Source: an uncultured virus (IMG/VR IMGVR_UViG_3300003617_000006) (taxonomy: Duplodnaviria; Heunggongvirae; Uroviricota; Caudoviricetes). From it: a stretch of DNA of 64,000 nt. Below are positions 18,735 through 28,088 of this stretch, piece after piece. Below the pieces are notes generated by a model. The model was given only the letters and a program-made list of their open reading frames with translations. It ran no database searches and was not told where the DNA came from. Numbering within the stretch: position 1 is the first letter of the stretch; every line of letters begins with the position of its first letter. Position numbers and translations under genes: made by a program. Where the stretch lies: the IMG/VR virus record IMGVR_UViG_3300003617_000006. The stretch is one strand, 5' to 3'.

Positions 18735-19079
18735 ATGAATATAAAATTTAAAGATATCAACTTACCAGTCACTTTATGTGTCACTCCAGAACAAATACGT
18801 AAAGGTATTCAGGGGTTGGACTCATTAAACGGTGAAGGATACTTATTTTTCTTATCGGAAGGTCAACATTCCTTTTGGATGAAAGACTGCCTAATCCCAA
18901 TAGATATTATATTTCTTCAGGACGGTAAAATTACAGAAATTTATTCGGATTGCCAACCCTGCACCTCAGAAGATTGTGAAAAATATTTAGGTACTGGTAA
19001 TATGGTATTAGAAGTTGAATCAGGTTTTTGTTCACAACACGACATAAAAAAAGGAGAATCCTTTCGAATTCTCCCTTAA
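18735..19079 (+). CDS. DUF192 family protein
   Basis: GYLF..SFWMKDCLIPIDIIF...VLEVESG. Confidence 0.9.
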   Translation: MNIKFKDINLPVTLCVTPEQIRKGIQGLDSLNGEGYLFFLSEGQHSFWMKDCLIPIDIIFLQDGKITEIYSDCQPCTSEDCEKYLGTGNMVLEVESGFCSQHDIKKGESFRILP

Positions 19080-19102
19080 TAATTTATAGTTTTAGTTTTA
19101 GA

Positions 19103-20587
19103 TTACTCAGCTAATCTACCAATGATTGTCTTAAACTGACTCTCAGTAATCTTAAAAGTCTTAGCCGATTCTTCTATGTTTGAATTTGCTATCTGTGCTC
19201 TTAATTTCTCAACCATCTTACCCTGTACATTTTTAGTCAATGCAACATATGGTGTAACACTATTATCTTTTTTTGGTGTATACTTACCATAACTAGGTTT
19301 CATTGCTCTTCTAAAGTATTGTAACCCTGAAATGTTGGTAATACATTTATGACCACCTGAGTTTCTTTCGATTATCTTAATTAATGGAATACCAATTTTG
19401 TTTAATACGTCCCATTGTTTGTCCGTCAACTCATTTGATGGTTTACTCATAATACTTTCAATTACTTTTAAGTAACTTCTACTCATACCTTCTAACTCTT
19501 CATCCGCGTATAGTGCTTTTAAATCTGAGAATGTGAAACCTATTGGGTTTTCTAACTTCTCAACTTTACTCCCTTCTGAAACGTGTTTGATAGTTGAAAG
19601 AGGTACAATCTTATCTTTACCCCAATCTCTCATCTCATCAATGATTTCATTAGCAATCTCACCTAAGTTAACACCTTTCAACGCTCTGTCCTCCTTAAAT
19701 GGATTACACGAAGCCTGTACTAATCCCATTGGCCAAGCAATAACTAAAAAGTCAGCGTCAGGATAGTTTTTAAACGGAGTATATCTATCATACGAACCTG
19801 GTTTAAACATTGAACCACCACCGTATTGAACAATAATACCATCTTTATATTCTACATTTGGACTGTCCTTTTGTTTCTCAACATAATTCTCGTGGTTTGC
19901 AGTCATATCTTCAGGTGATGCATAACCGTTTTGTTTAGCTACCTCACGTATCTTCAAATAGATATTAATCAATGATGGAGTACATTCCATTACTAATTGT
20001 TCTAAGAAATTTGGTTTGTTTTTATAAGCTAATAATAATTTGTTAACTACTAATCCGAATAACATCTTATTGTCACCCGCACTTTTTTCTGAATCAACAG
20101 TCTTAATGAAGTTAGTAACTTGCTCAGGTTTAATACCGTGAACCGCATAGTTAGCAGAATCTACTGTCGATATAATTGTAATGTCATCACTCGGGAAAAT
20201 ATCTGAAGGAGAAACAATCTGTGAAATAGACTCCACATTCGAACGTGCAGACCTAAACGATACTGCGTCAGTATCATCAGCACCTGCCTGTGAATCGTGG
20301 TGGTCAGTATGAATCTTAAAGATTGGCTTACCGTGAGCGAAATCAACCAATACTGGCATAATTTCAGAATTTGCCATTGGTTTCTTTATTGTGAATTCTT
20401 TGTCTCCGTATTGAATAATCTCAGCGTCAACAACTTTAATACCGTTTCTTTGTAAGTAATCTTTCATACCGATGGCAGTAACAACCCCATCTAAATCTTG
20501 GTGAAAGAATATCTTAGCATATTGGTATCTTTTAGCTAACTTATTAATATCCCTTATTCCACCTTCGTTTAATATTTTCTTAGACAT
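19103..20587 (-). CDS. DHH/DHHA1-family phosphoesterase
   Basis: HQDLDG, LVDFA, TDHH and C-terminal SGGH motifs. Confidence 0.8.
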   Translation of the reverse strand: MSKKILNEGGIRDINKLAKRYQYAKIFFHQDLDGVVTAIGMKDYLQRNGIKVVDAEIIQYGDKEFTIKKPMANSEIMPVLVDFAHGKPIFKIHTDHHDSQAGADDTDAVSFRSARSNVESISQIVSPSDIFPSDDITIISTVDSANYAVHGIKPEQVTNFIKTVDSEKSAGDNKMLFGLVVNKLLLAYKNKPNFLEQLVMECTPSLINIYLKIREVAKQNGYASPEDMTANHENYVEKQKDSPNVEYKDGIIVQYGGGSMFKPGSYDRYTPFKNYPDADFLVIAWPMGLVQASCNPFKEDRALKGVNLGEIANEIIDEMRDWGKDKIVPLSTIKHVSEGSKVEKLENPIGFTFSDLKALYADEELEGMSRSYLKVIESIMSKPSNELTDKQWDVLNKIGIPLIKIIERNSGGHKCITNISGLQYFRRAMKPSYGKYTPKKDNSVTPYVALTKNVQGKMVEKLRAQIANSNIEESAKTFKITESQFKTIIGRLAE

Positions 20588-20635
20588 AAAAATCTTTTTA
20601 TTATAAATACTTTAAAATGAATTAAATTATTGTTT

Positions 20636-21484
20636 TTATAGTGATGTAATGTAATTTTTTAATTTATCTTCAGGTTTCCACGATAACAAATCTAATGCAT
20701 CATCTCTTTCTCTTAGTGTTACCCTATAGTTTCCGTCTTGGTCAGGTAAACTTGTAGTCTCACAATCAAACCTCTCCTTAAACATATCTGCAACCTCATT
20801 GATTGAGTAATTCTCACCCGTTCCTAACTCCCATGCGTCCTCAACTTTATTGTTAGTAGTCATAATCTTAAACAACGCATCGACAATATCATCTACGTGA
20901 GTGAAATCTCTTCGTTGTTCCCCATCACCAACAATAGTAATCTTCTGACCGTCATTGATTTGTTGTCTCCACTTACCAATAACTGCAGCCCATTCTCCTT
21001 CCATAATCTCACCGGGACCATACACATTATAAAATCTAACAACGTGAGTATCTAAGTTGAAACTCTTACGATACATCTTACAAATCTCTTCACCGATGTG
21101 TTTATAACACGCATAAGGAGACTGGTATACATTATGCCATCGAGAGGATGAACCTGAGTATATGACTCTCTTAACCCCATTGAGTCTCGACCAATCACAT
21201 ACTATCTGAGTGGTTAATGAGTTCGCAATAAAAGATTCTGTTGGATTGTCATATGACGGTTGGATACGACTAAGAGCCGCTAAGTGATATACCACATCAA
21301 TCTCTAATGGGTAATTGAAGAGGTTATTTACGTCATCGTGGATGTAAGTTACACCGTCTATTTGATTCTCGATAACACCGATAGATAAATCATCGATAGA
21401 TGTTACGTTATGACCTTCTTTATATAGTTTTTTGATTAACGATGAACCGATAAATCCGTTTCCACCTGTGACTAATATATTCAT
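20636..21484 (-). CDS. NAD-dependent epimerase/dehydratase (extended SDR)
   Basis: ILVTGGNGFIGS, HLAA, SPYACYK, RFYNVYGP, GDGEQRRDFTHVDD; start at MNILVTGG. Confidence 0.93.
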   Translation of the reverse strand: MNILVTGGNGFIGSSLIKKLYKEGHNVTSIDDLSIGVIENQIDGVTYIHDDVNNLFNYPLEIDVVYHLAALSRIQPSYDNPTESFIANSLTTQIVCDWSRLNGVKRVIYSGSSSRWHNVYQSPYACYKHIGEEICKMYRKSFNLDTHVVRFYNVYGPGEIMEGEWAAVIGKWRQQINDGQKITIVGDGEQRRDFTHVDDIVDALFKIMTTNNKVEDAWELGTGENYSINEVADMFKERFDCETTSLPDQDGNYRVTLRERDDALDLLSWKPEDKLKNYITSL

Positions 21485-21520
21485 ATGTTTTATTTTTAGT
21501 AAATATAACATAAAATAAAA

Positions 21521-21540
21521 GGGAGTCAATATTGACTCCC
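21521..21540. terminator. perfect palindrome GGGAGTCAATATTGACTCCC (terminator or operator)
   Basis: intergenic, next to A/T runs; near-identical copy at 34294-34321. Confidence 0.65.
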
Positions 21541-21546
21541 CTTATA

Positions 21547-22212
21547 TTACTCAACCTCTGTTAAGTCGATGTGGTCACGTACGGTATTGTAGAATTCTTC
21601 TTTTTTTAGTCGTCTTCCCTTAACCTCTCCTCCGTCAACATCAACAACGAAAACACACTTATCTGTTATCTTTGTTACATTGTATGTGTGGTTGTATCCC
21701 AACTCAATAACATAACCTGACTTTACGATTTCGAACATTCTCTCCATCTTATTCTCCGTCTCATACTTACGTACGATTGAAGAAACCTCACTCATCTTAC
21801 GACTTTTCTCTTTTCTTAACTTAGCCATTTCAAAGTACTTCTTAGTCATCATCTCACCTACCGAGAACACACCCTTCTTTCCTTTGAAATCTAAAACCAA
21901 CATTCCCGTTAGTGTTAGTAAGTCTTCGTTAGAGTTTAAGTTAATATTTTTAACGTCCATATCGTAGTACTCTCCGAATTGAATCTCTAACTTTAAATCT
22001 CTGTAACCTCCGTTTTCACTAATACGGAACATAATAGAATTTGACCATGTCTTAGCGTCAACAAGTGAGTTAGTAATCTCATACCCATATAAATCCTTAA
22101 CTGATTTTTTAAGTTCAGTTTTGATTTCCTCAAAGTATTTGTCAATGTTATTATTCATAACCTCATACTCTGATACTAACTGCTCTAACTCTTTTTTATA
22201 TTCTAAGTACAT
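21547..22212 (-). CDS. hypothetical protein
   Basis: ORF track; promoter TTTG-N19-TATCTTTG at 22235-22265. Confidence 0.75.
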   Translation of the reverse strand: MYLEYKKELEQLVSEYEVMNNNIDKYFEEIKTELKKSVKDLYGYEITNSLVDAKTWSNSIMFRISENGGYRDLKLEIQFGEYYDMDVKNINLNSNEDLLTLTGMLVLDFKGKKGVFSVGEMMTKKYFEMAKLRKEKSRKMSEVSSIVRKYETENKMERMFEIVKSGYVIELGYNHTYNVTKITDKCVFVVDVDGGEVKGRRLKKEEFYNTVRDHIDLTEVE

Positions 22213-22272
22213 ATCTTTCCTTTTTTGTTCACTACAAAGATAAGCATTAAAACTAAACCACCAAAGAAACTA

Positions 22273-22680
22273 CTAACTTAATTTACGTTTTATATATGAG
22301 GTCACCATCTTTGCAGTTGAATAGTTCGTTGCCAGTGGAATATCGTGTACGTCACACTGTCTCATCAACATTGAAATGTCTACCTCGTGAGGATGTTTAC
22401 CTAATGGGTCTCTAAAGAAAATAACCGCATGGATATCATTCTCAACAATTCTAGAGGCTATTTGTGCATCACCACCTAACGGCCCACTCTCTAATGAGTT
22501 AATCTTATCAACACCAGCATTCTTTAAATGTTTAGATGTGGTCCCTGTTCCATACAACACAATATTCTCTCTGTTGAAGAACTCTAACCTTTTCATTACA
22601 AATGCAACTAAGTCCGCTTTCTTACCGTCGTGGGCAATTAACGCAATACCTATTTTATCCCTCATTGTTAAATCTATCAC
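22273..22680 (-). CDS. mgsA: methylglyoxal synthase
   Basis: IALIAHDGKK, GTGTT, SGPLGGDAQI, FFRDPL..HPHEVD, IPLATN; true start may be 22665. Confidence 0.95.
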   Translation of the reverse strand: MIDLTMRDKIGIALIAHDGKKADLVAFVMKRLEFFNRENIVLYGTGTTSKHLKNAGVDKINSLESGPLGGDAQIASRIVENDIHAVIFFRDPLGKHPHEVDISMLMRQCDVHDIPLATNYSTAKMVTSYIKRKLS

Positions 22681-22702
22681 TATATTTTATGGTTACCTTT
22701 AT

Positions 22703-22954
22703 TTAAATTTTTATCGCTTTAATTATATTCTCTACCTCAGACCTCTCGAAATACTTATAGTCTTTGACCTCCATAAATTCAACCCACCACTTTCCATTGA
22801 TGGTATTATCATTCTCATTAGAGATTAGACAGAACTGATAGTTATCTTCAGATAAATCACATACATAAAAATAATACCCTTCTTCCGTTCCTGACTCCTC
22901 AGAGGTTACTTCGTTTCTTCTGAAACCTAAATCTATTAAATCTATTTCTGTCAT
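22703..22954 (-). CDS. hypothetical protein
   Basis: ORF track. Confidence 0.7.
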   Translation of the reverse strand: MTEIDLIDLGFRRNEVTSEESGTEEGYYFYVCDLSEDNYQFCLISNENDNTINGKWWVEFMEVKDYKYFERSEVENIIKAIKI

Positions 22955-22957
22955 ATC

Positions 22958-23626
22958 TTAAAAATTTGTTTTAGGACTATTAATATATTTGTTATGGTAT
23001 TCCATTATTTTGTCTCTGGCCTCTTCTGCATTATCAACAACACGGAACAAATCTAAGTCTTTATCTGAAATGGTCCCGTTCTCAACTAAGGTAGTCTTAA
23101 TCCATTGAATCAATCCTCCCCAATAATCTTTACCTACTAACACAATCGGATACTTTACATTGTGACCACATTGTGCCAGTGTTATCGATTCAAACAGTTC
23201 ATCCAACGTACCTAACCCACCAGGGAATATCGCAAACGCCTGTGAGTATTTTAAGAACATAACCTTACGAGTAAAGAAATATCTATTTTCCACACCTAAG
23301 TCCACATACGGATTCATTCCCGCTTCGAACGGTAACTCAATACCAATACCGATTGACTTTCCCCCTGACTCTTTAGCTCCCTGATTCGCAGCTTCCATAA
23401 TCCCTGGACCACCACCTGTAATAACTCCGAAACCTTCCTTTACAATTAGTTCTGCAAACTTCTTAGCCTCTTTATACCATCTGTCTTCGATATTGGTTCT
23501 AGCACTACCGAAAACCGAAACACACGGAACATCAATATCATTAAAGGTATCAAAACCTTTCGTGAACTCACCCTGTATTCTGAGGATTTGCCACGCATCT
23601 TCACTCTTACTCTTCTGCACGTTCAT
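22958..23626 (-). CDS. LOG family (TIGR00730) nucleotide phosphoribohydrolase
   Basis: VSVFGSAR, TGGGPGIMEAAN, YFFTRKVMF, PGGLGTLDELFE. Confidence 0.93.
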   Translation of the reverse strand: MNVQKSKSEDAWQILRIQGEFTKGFDTFNDIDVPCVSVFGSARTNIEDRWYKEAKKFAELIVKEGFGVITGGGPGIMEAANQGAKESGGKSIGIGIELPFEAGMNPYVDLGVENRYFFTRKVMFLKYSQAFAIFPGGLGTLDELFESITLAQCGHNVKYPIVLVGKDYWGGLIQWIKTTLVENGTISDKDLDLFRVVDNAEEARDKIMEYHNKYINSPKTNF

Positions 23627-23837
23627 ATAAGTCTTTTAATAGTTCACTATATGTTTCCTCATAATCTTCAATATTAAACACATCAACAGTAAAATATAAC
23701 ATATCATACTTATTCGTAATGTACTGTCCGAATCTTAAGTCATCCTCATTTCTTTCTTCTCCATATTTGAGAGCCCAATTAAGATACTCCCCATTCAAAC
23801 TTTCGTAAGTTAATTTTCTTTTTTTTAATCCCACCAT
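23607..23837 (-). CDS. hypothetical protein (LRFGQ motif)
   Basis: ORF track. Confidence 0.65.
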   Translation of the reverse strand: MVGLKKRKLTYESLNGEYLNWALKYGEERNEDDLRFGQYITNKYDMLYFTVDVFNIEDYEETYSELLKDLYERAEE

Positions 23838-24457
23838 CTTTCTATATTTTTTTCTATTATTTTAAAAAGTAATTTGTGTGCTCTATCCTGATTTAAATGT
23901 GCAATGTTCATTGCAATTATTTGTTTATCTTCTAACCCCTTCGTATTAAAGTATCCTTCACCGTTTAACACTCTCTTATGTACTAGTGGATACTTTTTAA
24001 AGTAGTCATCAAAGTTTTCACCCAACAACTTACTCTCCCAAGTTGAATACCCTTCTTTATCTTCGACGGGTTCAAACCAACTTTTAGTTTTGTGATAGTC
24101 CATATATTCACTCGAATACCATTCATCACCTACCTTATCAATTAACCTAACACATGTCATCATCACCTCAGCATCTCTTTTTGCTCTGGTATGGATATCT
24201 CTATCACCAATATATTGAGACTGAGCTTTTAGTTTGTGTTGTAAAATGGTATAGATGTATCTATGGTCGTAGTTCCTATCTTTCCAAATAATAGGTAACC
24301 AATACTTAAGATTCTTAAACCCCTGTTTAATATCTTTAGGAATGTATTTCCAATCGTTACTCCAACGTATTTTTATACTGTTCCACAATTTTTCGTACCA
24401 TGAAAGTTGTTCACTTTCAAGTTTCCATTGTTCAAAGATGTCGTTTTCTGGTTCCAT
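23825..24457 (-). CDS. conserved phage hypothetical protein
   Basis: WLPIIWKDRNYD and C-terminal IERWWD; start revised using the promoter at 24478-24485. Confidence 0.75.
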   Translation of the reverse strand: MEPENDIFEQWKLESEQLSWYEKLWNSIKIRWSNDWKYIPKDIKQGFKNLKYWLPIIWKDRNYDHRYIYTILQHKLKAQSQYIGDRDIHTRAKRDAEVMMTCVRLIDKVGDEWYSSEYMDYHKTKSWFEPVEDKEGYSTWESKLLGENFDDYFKKYPLVHKRVLNGEGYFNTKGLEDKQIIAMNIAHLNQDRAHKLLFKIIEKNIERWWD

Positions 24458-24494
24458 ACTTATACTCATTAATAGTACAAATGTATGAAAAAAA

Positions 24495-24518
24495 AAGGAG
24501 GGTATCAAACCCTCCCTA
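24495..24518 (-). terminator. intrinsic terminator after the histone-like gene
   Basis: GGAGGG/CCCTCC stem followed by a T run on the minus strand. Confidence 0.7.
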
Positions 24519-24521
24519 TTT

Positions 24522-24692
24522 TTATTTGTTTTCCTCTACTGAAGCCTTACGGTATTCAGTGACTAACTTCTTAACTTCTCCAATTGCCTTACGAGCTCTA
24601 CCCTTACCAGCCTTTGTTGTTGAGTTATGTCCTTCTTCAAATTGAGTGAATAACTCACTGATTTGTTCAAATAATTCTTGCGTATTCGCCAT
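24522..24692 (-). CDS. Bacteroidota histone-H1-like (Hc1-type) small protein (56 aa), absent from ORF track
   Basis: MANTQELFEQISELFTQFEEGHNSTTKAGKGRARKAIGEVKKLVTEYRKASVEENK. Confidence 0.8.
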   Translation of the reverse strand: MANTQELFEQISELFTQFEEGHNSTTKAGKGRARKAIGEVKKLVTEYRKASVEENK

Positions 24693-24712
24693 AATATTAA
24701 TTTTTTATATGT

Positions 24713-25096
24713 TTATTCTTTATTATAAATGAATTTTACCCAACTGTAAAGGCTTCTATTCTCTAAATAATTAAAATCATCATCGTGTTTAAAGGCTTCC
24801 TTCTCAAATGGAATGTTGTAATACGCCTCTTTTGTATCGAAACCGTACTTAACTATATTCCATAAATAAAAGAATACATATAACACATAAAAGGGTATCA
24901 ATAATAACTCCTGTTGTTGTTTAATGTGTATCGATTCGTGATTTATCGTCCTCTTCGTTGAGTGAAGGTTCTTATATCTAGGTGTGTTTAATCTTTCTCT
25001 TAAAATTATAAAAGGCCATAACGTTATTCCTTTTATCTTCATAAACCAACCCAATAGATTTAATGTTCTGTCTGAGTATATTATAATTGTCTTCAT
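24713..25096 (-). CDS. HExxH-containing Bacteroidota-type membrane protein
   Basis: GITLWPFI, INHESIH..QQ.ELL, AYYNIPFEKEA. Confidence 0.8.
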   Translation of the reverse strand: MKTIIIYSDRTLNLLGWFMKIKGITLWPFIILRERLNTPRYKNLHSTKRTINHESIHIKQQQELLLIPFYVLYVFFYLWNIVKYGFDTKEAYYNIPFEKEAFKHDDDFNYLENRSLYSWVKFIYNKE

Positions 25097-25272
25097 ACCT
25101 ATAAGTATATAAACTCAATGTTTAATACTCATAATATCATTTAGTAGTGATTTAATGTTGTCTTCACACTCTCTAACATACTTCAGGTCTTTCTCCTGAA
25201 TTGCAAACAATTTTTGTTCCTCCCACCATTGAAGTTCATTTTGCATTTGTTCTTTAGTTGTATAACTCTTAA

Positions 25273-25509
25273 TCATTGTACATCATTTAAATTTACCCCA
25301 TTCTCACTCATCAGTTCAAATAGTTTCTCTCTAGCTTCAACATATGTGTTATACTTATCCTTACTATATCCTTCATCTGGCATATACTTATACTGAGCCC
25401 TTAACCATTGGTCCATTTCCCAACAAACATTCCACCAATCCGATGCTTTGGTTGCTAGTTTGAAATCCTGATTATCTTCGGGTAGATTAAATTCTAAGAT
25501 TGCTTTCAT
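25273..25509 (-). CDS. conserved phage protein (MKAILEFNLPED)
   Basis: ORF track; common phage N-terminal motif. Confidence 0.75.
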   Translation of the reverse strand: MKAILEFNLPEDNQDFKLATKASDWWNVCWEMDQWLRAQYKYMPDEGYSKDKYNTYVEAREKLFELMSENGVNLNDVQ

Positions 25510-25835
25510 TTCTCTTTGGTGTTAAATAATTCGTAGGTACTATTACCTGTCTTAAACTTAATGTAATCTTCTCTCTGTTCCACAATCTCTGTAATTGTTG
25601 TAGTTTGCCAAGTAAAGAATTGGTTGAATGGTGACATTAATAAACTTCTGTTGATTAGAGGTTCATCGTGTTTAGATTTAAATGTTCTGTCCTCATTCCA
25701 TTCAACCCACATTACCTCTTTAGATACTTTAGTTAAACCATCGCGTTCTCTGACCAATTTCCAGTCAAATTCAGTTTCTAAACCTAGTTCGTTTAGTACA
25801 TCTACCGGTATTTTTGTTTGTTTTAATTTACTCAT
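25506..25835 (-). CDS. hypothetical phage protein
   Basis: WQTT.ITEI...FKTGNSTYEL; likely start MSKLKQ. Confidence 0.7.
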   Translation of the reverse strand: MSKLKQTKIPVDVLNELGLETEFDWKLVRERDGLTKVSKEVMWVEWNEDRTFKSKHDEPLINRSLLMSPFNQFFTWQTTTITEIVEQREDYIKFKTGNSTYELFNTKEK

Positions 25836-25983
25836 CTTCTTTTCCTGATTTTCTAGCCAATACCAACCCAAATCCAATTAGTGTTCCACCAAACCAAGAC
25901 CACATAAACGTATCGGAAAATAGACATACCCATAATCCTAATGTTGAGATTAAGATTGAATGTCCGTAAGTTGTAATTTTCAT
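25828..25983 (-). CDS. small 2-TM membrane protein (51 aa)
   Basis: hand-translated MKITTYGHSILISTLGLWVCLF...; promoter TATATTTG at 26004-26011. Confidence 0.6.
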   Translation of the reverse strand: MKITTYGHSILISTLGLWVCLFSDTFMWSWFGGTLIGFGLVLARKSGKEDE

Positions 25984-26034
25984 AATTATTATTTATCTCT
26001 CTACAAATATATGAAATTTTACTATAACTAAAAA

Positions 26035-26322
26035 CTATACCTTCATTAATTTCCTCATCTTTGGATTGAGGACCATATAACACACCTTAAAGACGGTGAG
26101 AATCAAAAATGACATAGCTAATCCCATTCTTAATAAACTTTCAGATTGAACAAAATCTTCAAGTATGAGGTACCAAGTACCTGCAATTGCCCCGTCTCCA
26201 ACAAACATTAATAAGACCGCACCTAAACTAAACTCAGGAGGTAATAAGTCCATTAAAAATACAACCAATAAAAAGAACGGGATTAATAACATTAACGACC
26301 CTAAACCAATTAAAAATTCCAT
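26035..26322 (-). CDS. membrane protein (3 TM)
   Basis: ORF track; hydrophobic. Confidence 0.7.
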   Translation of the reverse strand: MEFLIGLGSLMLLIPFFLLVVFLMDLLPPEFSLGAVLLMFVGDGAIAGTWYLILEDFVQSESLLRMGLAMSFLILTVFKVCYMVLNPKMRKLMKV

Positions 26323-26425
26323 ACCTATACTCGAGTTTTTCTTTTTTTGTTTTTCTTTTTTTCATTGTCTTCTCTCAACCACACATCTGACATATATAAT
26401 ATCCAATCAAACTTATGTCCCATCA

Positions 26426-26653
26426 TTAACTACTCTTAGTGGTTAGTTTTTGATAGATGTATCTGGTCGCAAATATCAAGAACAATATCCCAACAATTGG
26501 ATTATCTATTGCTCTCATTAAACCCCACGGTAAATCTTCAGGTGTTGAAGCATAACTCATACCAATCACTAAACCAATAGTTCCTGTGATAATTAAGTGA
26601 GCCACTTTAGCCAATACGAATGACAGTAATCCTGTCCAAAATCCTTTTTCCAT
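26426..26653 (-). CDS. membrane protein (2 TM)
   Basis: ORF track; hydrophobic. Confidence 0.7.
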   Translation of the reverse strand: MEKGFWTGLLSFVLAKVAHLIITGTIGLVIGMSYASTPEDLPWGLMRAIDNPIVGILFLIFATRYIYQKLTTKSS

Positions 26654-26661
26654 TTTATTAT

Positions 26662-27285
26662 TTATTTAATCCAATCTTCCCATTCATCAAAGAACATACC
26701 GTCACTCTCAACCAACTTTAAACACTTGTCTAATAGATTATCTTGAGTCTCCGCTAAAGTTTCGTAAAACTCCATCTGAGTATCATCGTAGTCTTCATCG
26801 TCAAAATCCATATCTGCAGTTGGGTCTTCCAATGTTGTCTCTTCACCCCAAATACAACCCTCTAATACCATTTCTTCATTTTCATCTTCAGTCATTCTTG
26901 ATTTGATTACTAACGCACCAACAGGGTCAAAACCTTCATCTTCATACTTCACTTCAATAACCACATTATTATCTAAAGGGAAACATAGTTCATATAAACG
27001 ATAGAAAAATTGTCTTGGTGGATACCACGCTGACTCGATAGAGAACACCCCTTCATCTATTGAATCATATAATTGAGTCCACTTAGGTCCTAAATTTTCA
27101 TACGACCAACTATTCATTACACTACCACCATCTTCACTTAACTCTACGTTATCATAGAATGCCTTTGCAAATGCAACAATAGCATCTTCATCACTATCAT
27201 TTACTTGGTCAACCAACGAATCAACTAACTTTACCACTTCTTCGTTACCCTTTACTTCAACGTAACTTTTTAAATTATTTGCCAT
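26662..27285 (-). CDS. DUF1281/YubB-like ferredoxin-fold protein, paralog 1
   Basis: MAN....VEVKG, W..ENLGPKW, IESAWYPP, VKYEDE. Confidence 0.6.
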   Translation of the reverse strand: MANNLKSYVEVKGNEEVVKLVDSLVDQVNDSDEDAIVAFAKAFYDNVELSEDGGSVMNSWSYENLGPKWTQLYDSIDEGVFSIESAWYPPRQFFYRLYELCFPLDNNVVIEVKYEDEGFDPVGALVIKSRMTEDENEEMVLEGCIWGEETTLEDPTADMDFDDEDYDDTQMEFYETLAETQDNLLDKCLKLVESDGMFFDEWEDWIK

Positions 27286-27455
27286 TTTATATTTTTTTTA
27301 AATTAAACTTCTATTTTATTTCCTTCACCACTCCAAACCGTATCGTGAGCGTAATTTAAAGAACCAATCATAATATCATCCAACTCTTCCATAAACTCCA
27401 TCTGAGTATCTTCATAGTCTTCATCGTCAAAATCCATATCCTCAGTTGGGTCTTC
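26767..27455. repeat. 63-bp direct repeat (26767-26829 and 27393-27455), 59/63 identical
   Basis: encodes EDPT.DMDFDDEDY.DTQMEF in both paralogs. Confidence 0.9.
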
Positions 27456-27872
27456 AATGTCGTAATCCTCTGACATCGACCATGCAGGAACACCATTGTG
27501 GTCTTTTTTAACTACCAATCCACCGACTGGCTCGTATGACTCATCTTGGAACTTAACTAAGATTTCAACATTCGGGTCAATCTTAGATGCCAACTTATAT
27601 AACTGTACCCAAAAATGTTCAGGAGTATAACCTGCCGATGAAATATTCCATTCTCCACGGTCCATTTCATTTTCAACGTAAATCCACTTAGCACCTACAT
27701 TATCAAATAACCAATCGTGTGGTACCCCTTTTTCGTAATCCGTTCCGTAAAACGTATTTACGAACGTATGAGTCTCTGCGTACCCACCCGCGTTTTTAAA
27801 TAGGTTATCCATTGCTTCAATTACCTCGTCAGTACCATTAACTTCAAGGTAGTTTGTCATTGTATTCGCCAT
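27303..27872 (-). CDS. DUF1281/YubB-like ferredoxin-fold protein, paralog 2
   Basis: MAN...NYLEVNG, W..DNVGAKW, ISSAGYTP, VKFQDE. Confidence 0.6.
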   Translation of the reverse strand: MANTMTNYLEVNGTDEVIEAMDNLFKNAGGYAETHTFVNTFYGTDYEKGVPHDWLFDNVGAKWIYVENEMDRGEWNISSAGYTPEHFWVQLYKLASKIDPNVEILVKFQDESYEPVGGLVVKKDHNGVPAWSMSEDYDIEDPTEDMDFDDEDYEDTQMEFMEELDDIMIGSLNYAHDTVWSGEGNKIEV

Positions 27873-27873
27873 C

Positions 27874-28074
27874 TTATTCTTCTTTTAATTCAGGCCACTC
27901 AGTGTCCTCTAACACTTTGTCGTTCACCAGTTCAAACTCAACATTATCAATGATATCTTGTTGTAAATCATCATCACCTGAGTTCCAATCTTTCAATTGT
28001 TGTTCTGTCAATTCCTCCCAAGTTTCTTCATATCGTATTGTCGTAACAATAACTCTTCTTTCTAATTTTGCCAT
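27874..28074 (-). CDS. small acidic hypothetical protein
   Basis: ORF track. Confidence 0.7.
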   Translation of the reverse strand: MAKLERRVIVTTIRYEETWEELTEQQLKDWNSGDDDLQQDIIDNVEFELVNDKVLEDTEWPELKEE

Positions 28075-28088
28075 TATATCTTTATTTT

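Noticed and set aside
25853..26083. 76-aa ORF from the track
   Set aside because: A promoter at 26004-26011 and a better 2-TM ORF in another frame (25828..25983) explain the region
26767..27455. diversity-generating retroelement TR/VR pair
   Set aside because: Mismatches are not confined to adenines, both copies are coding and no reverse transcriptase is present
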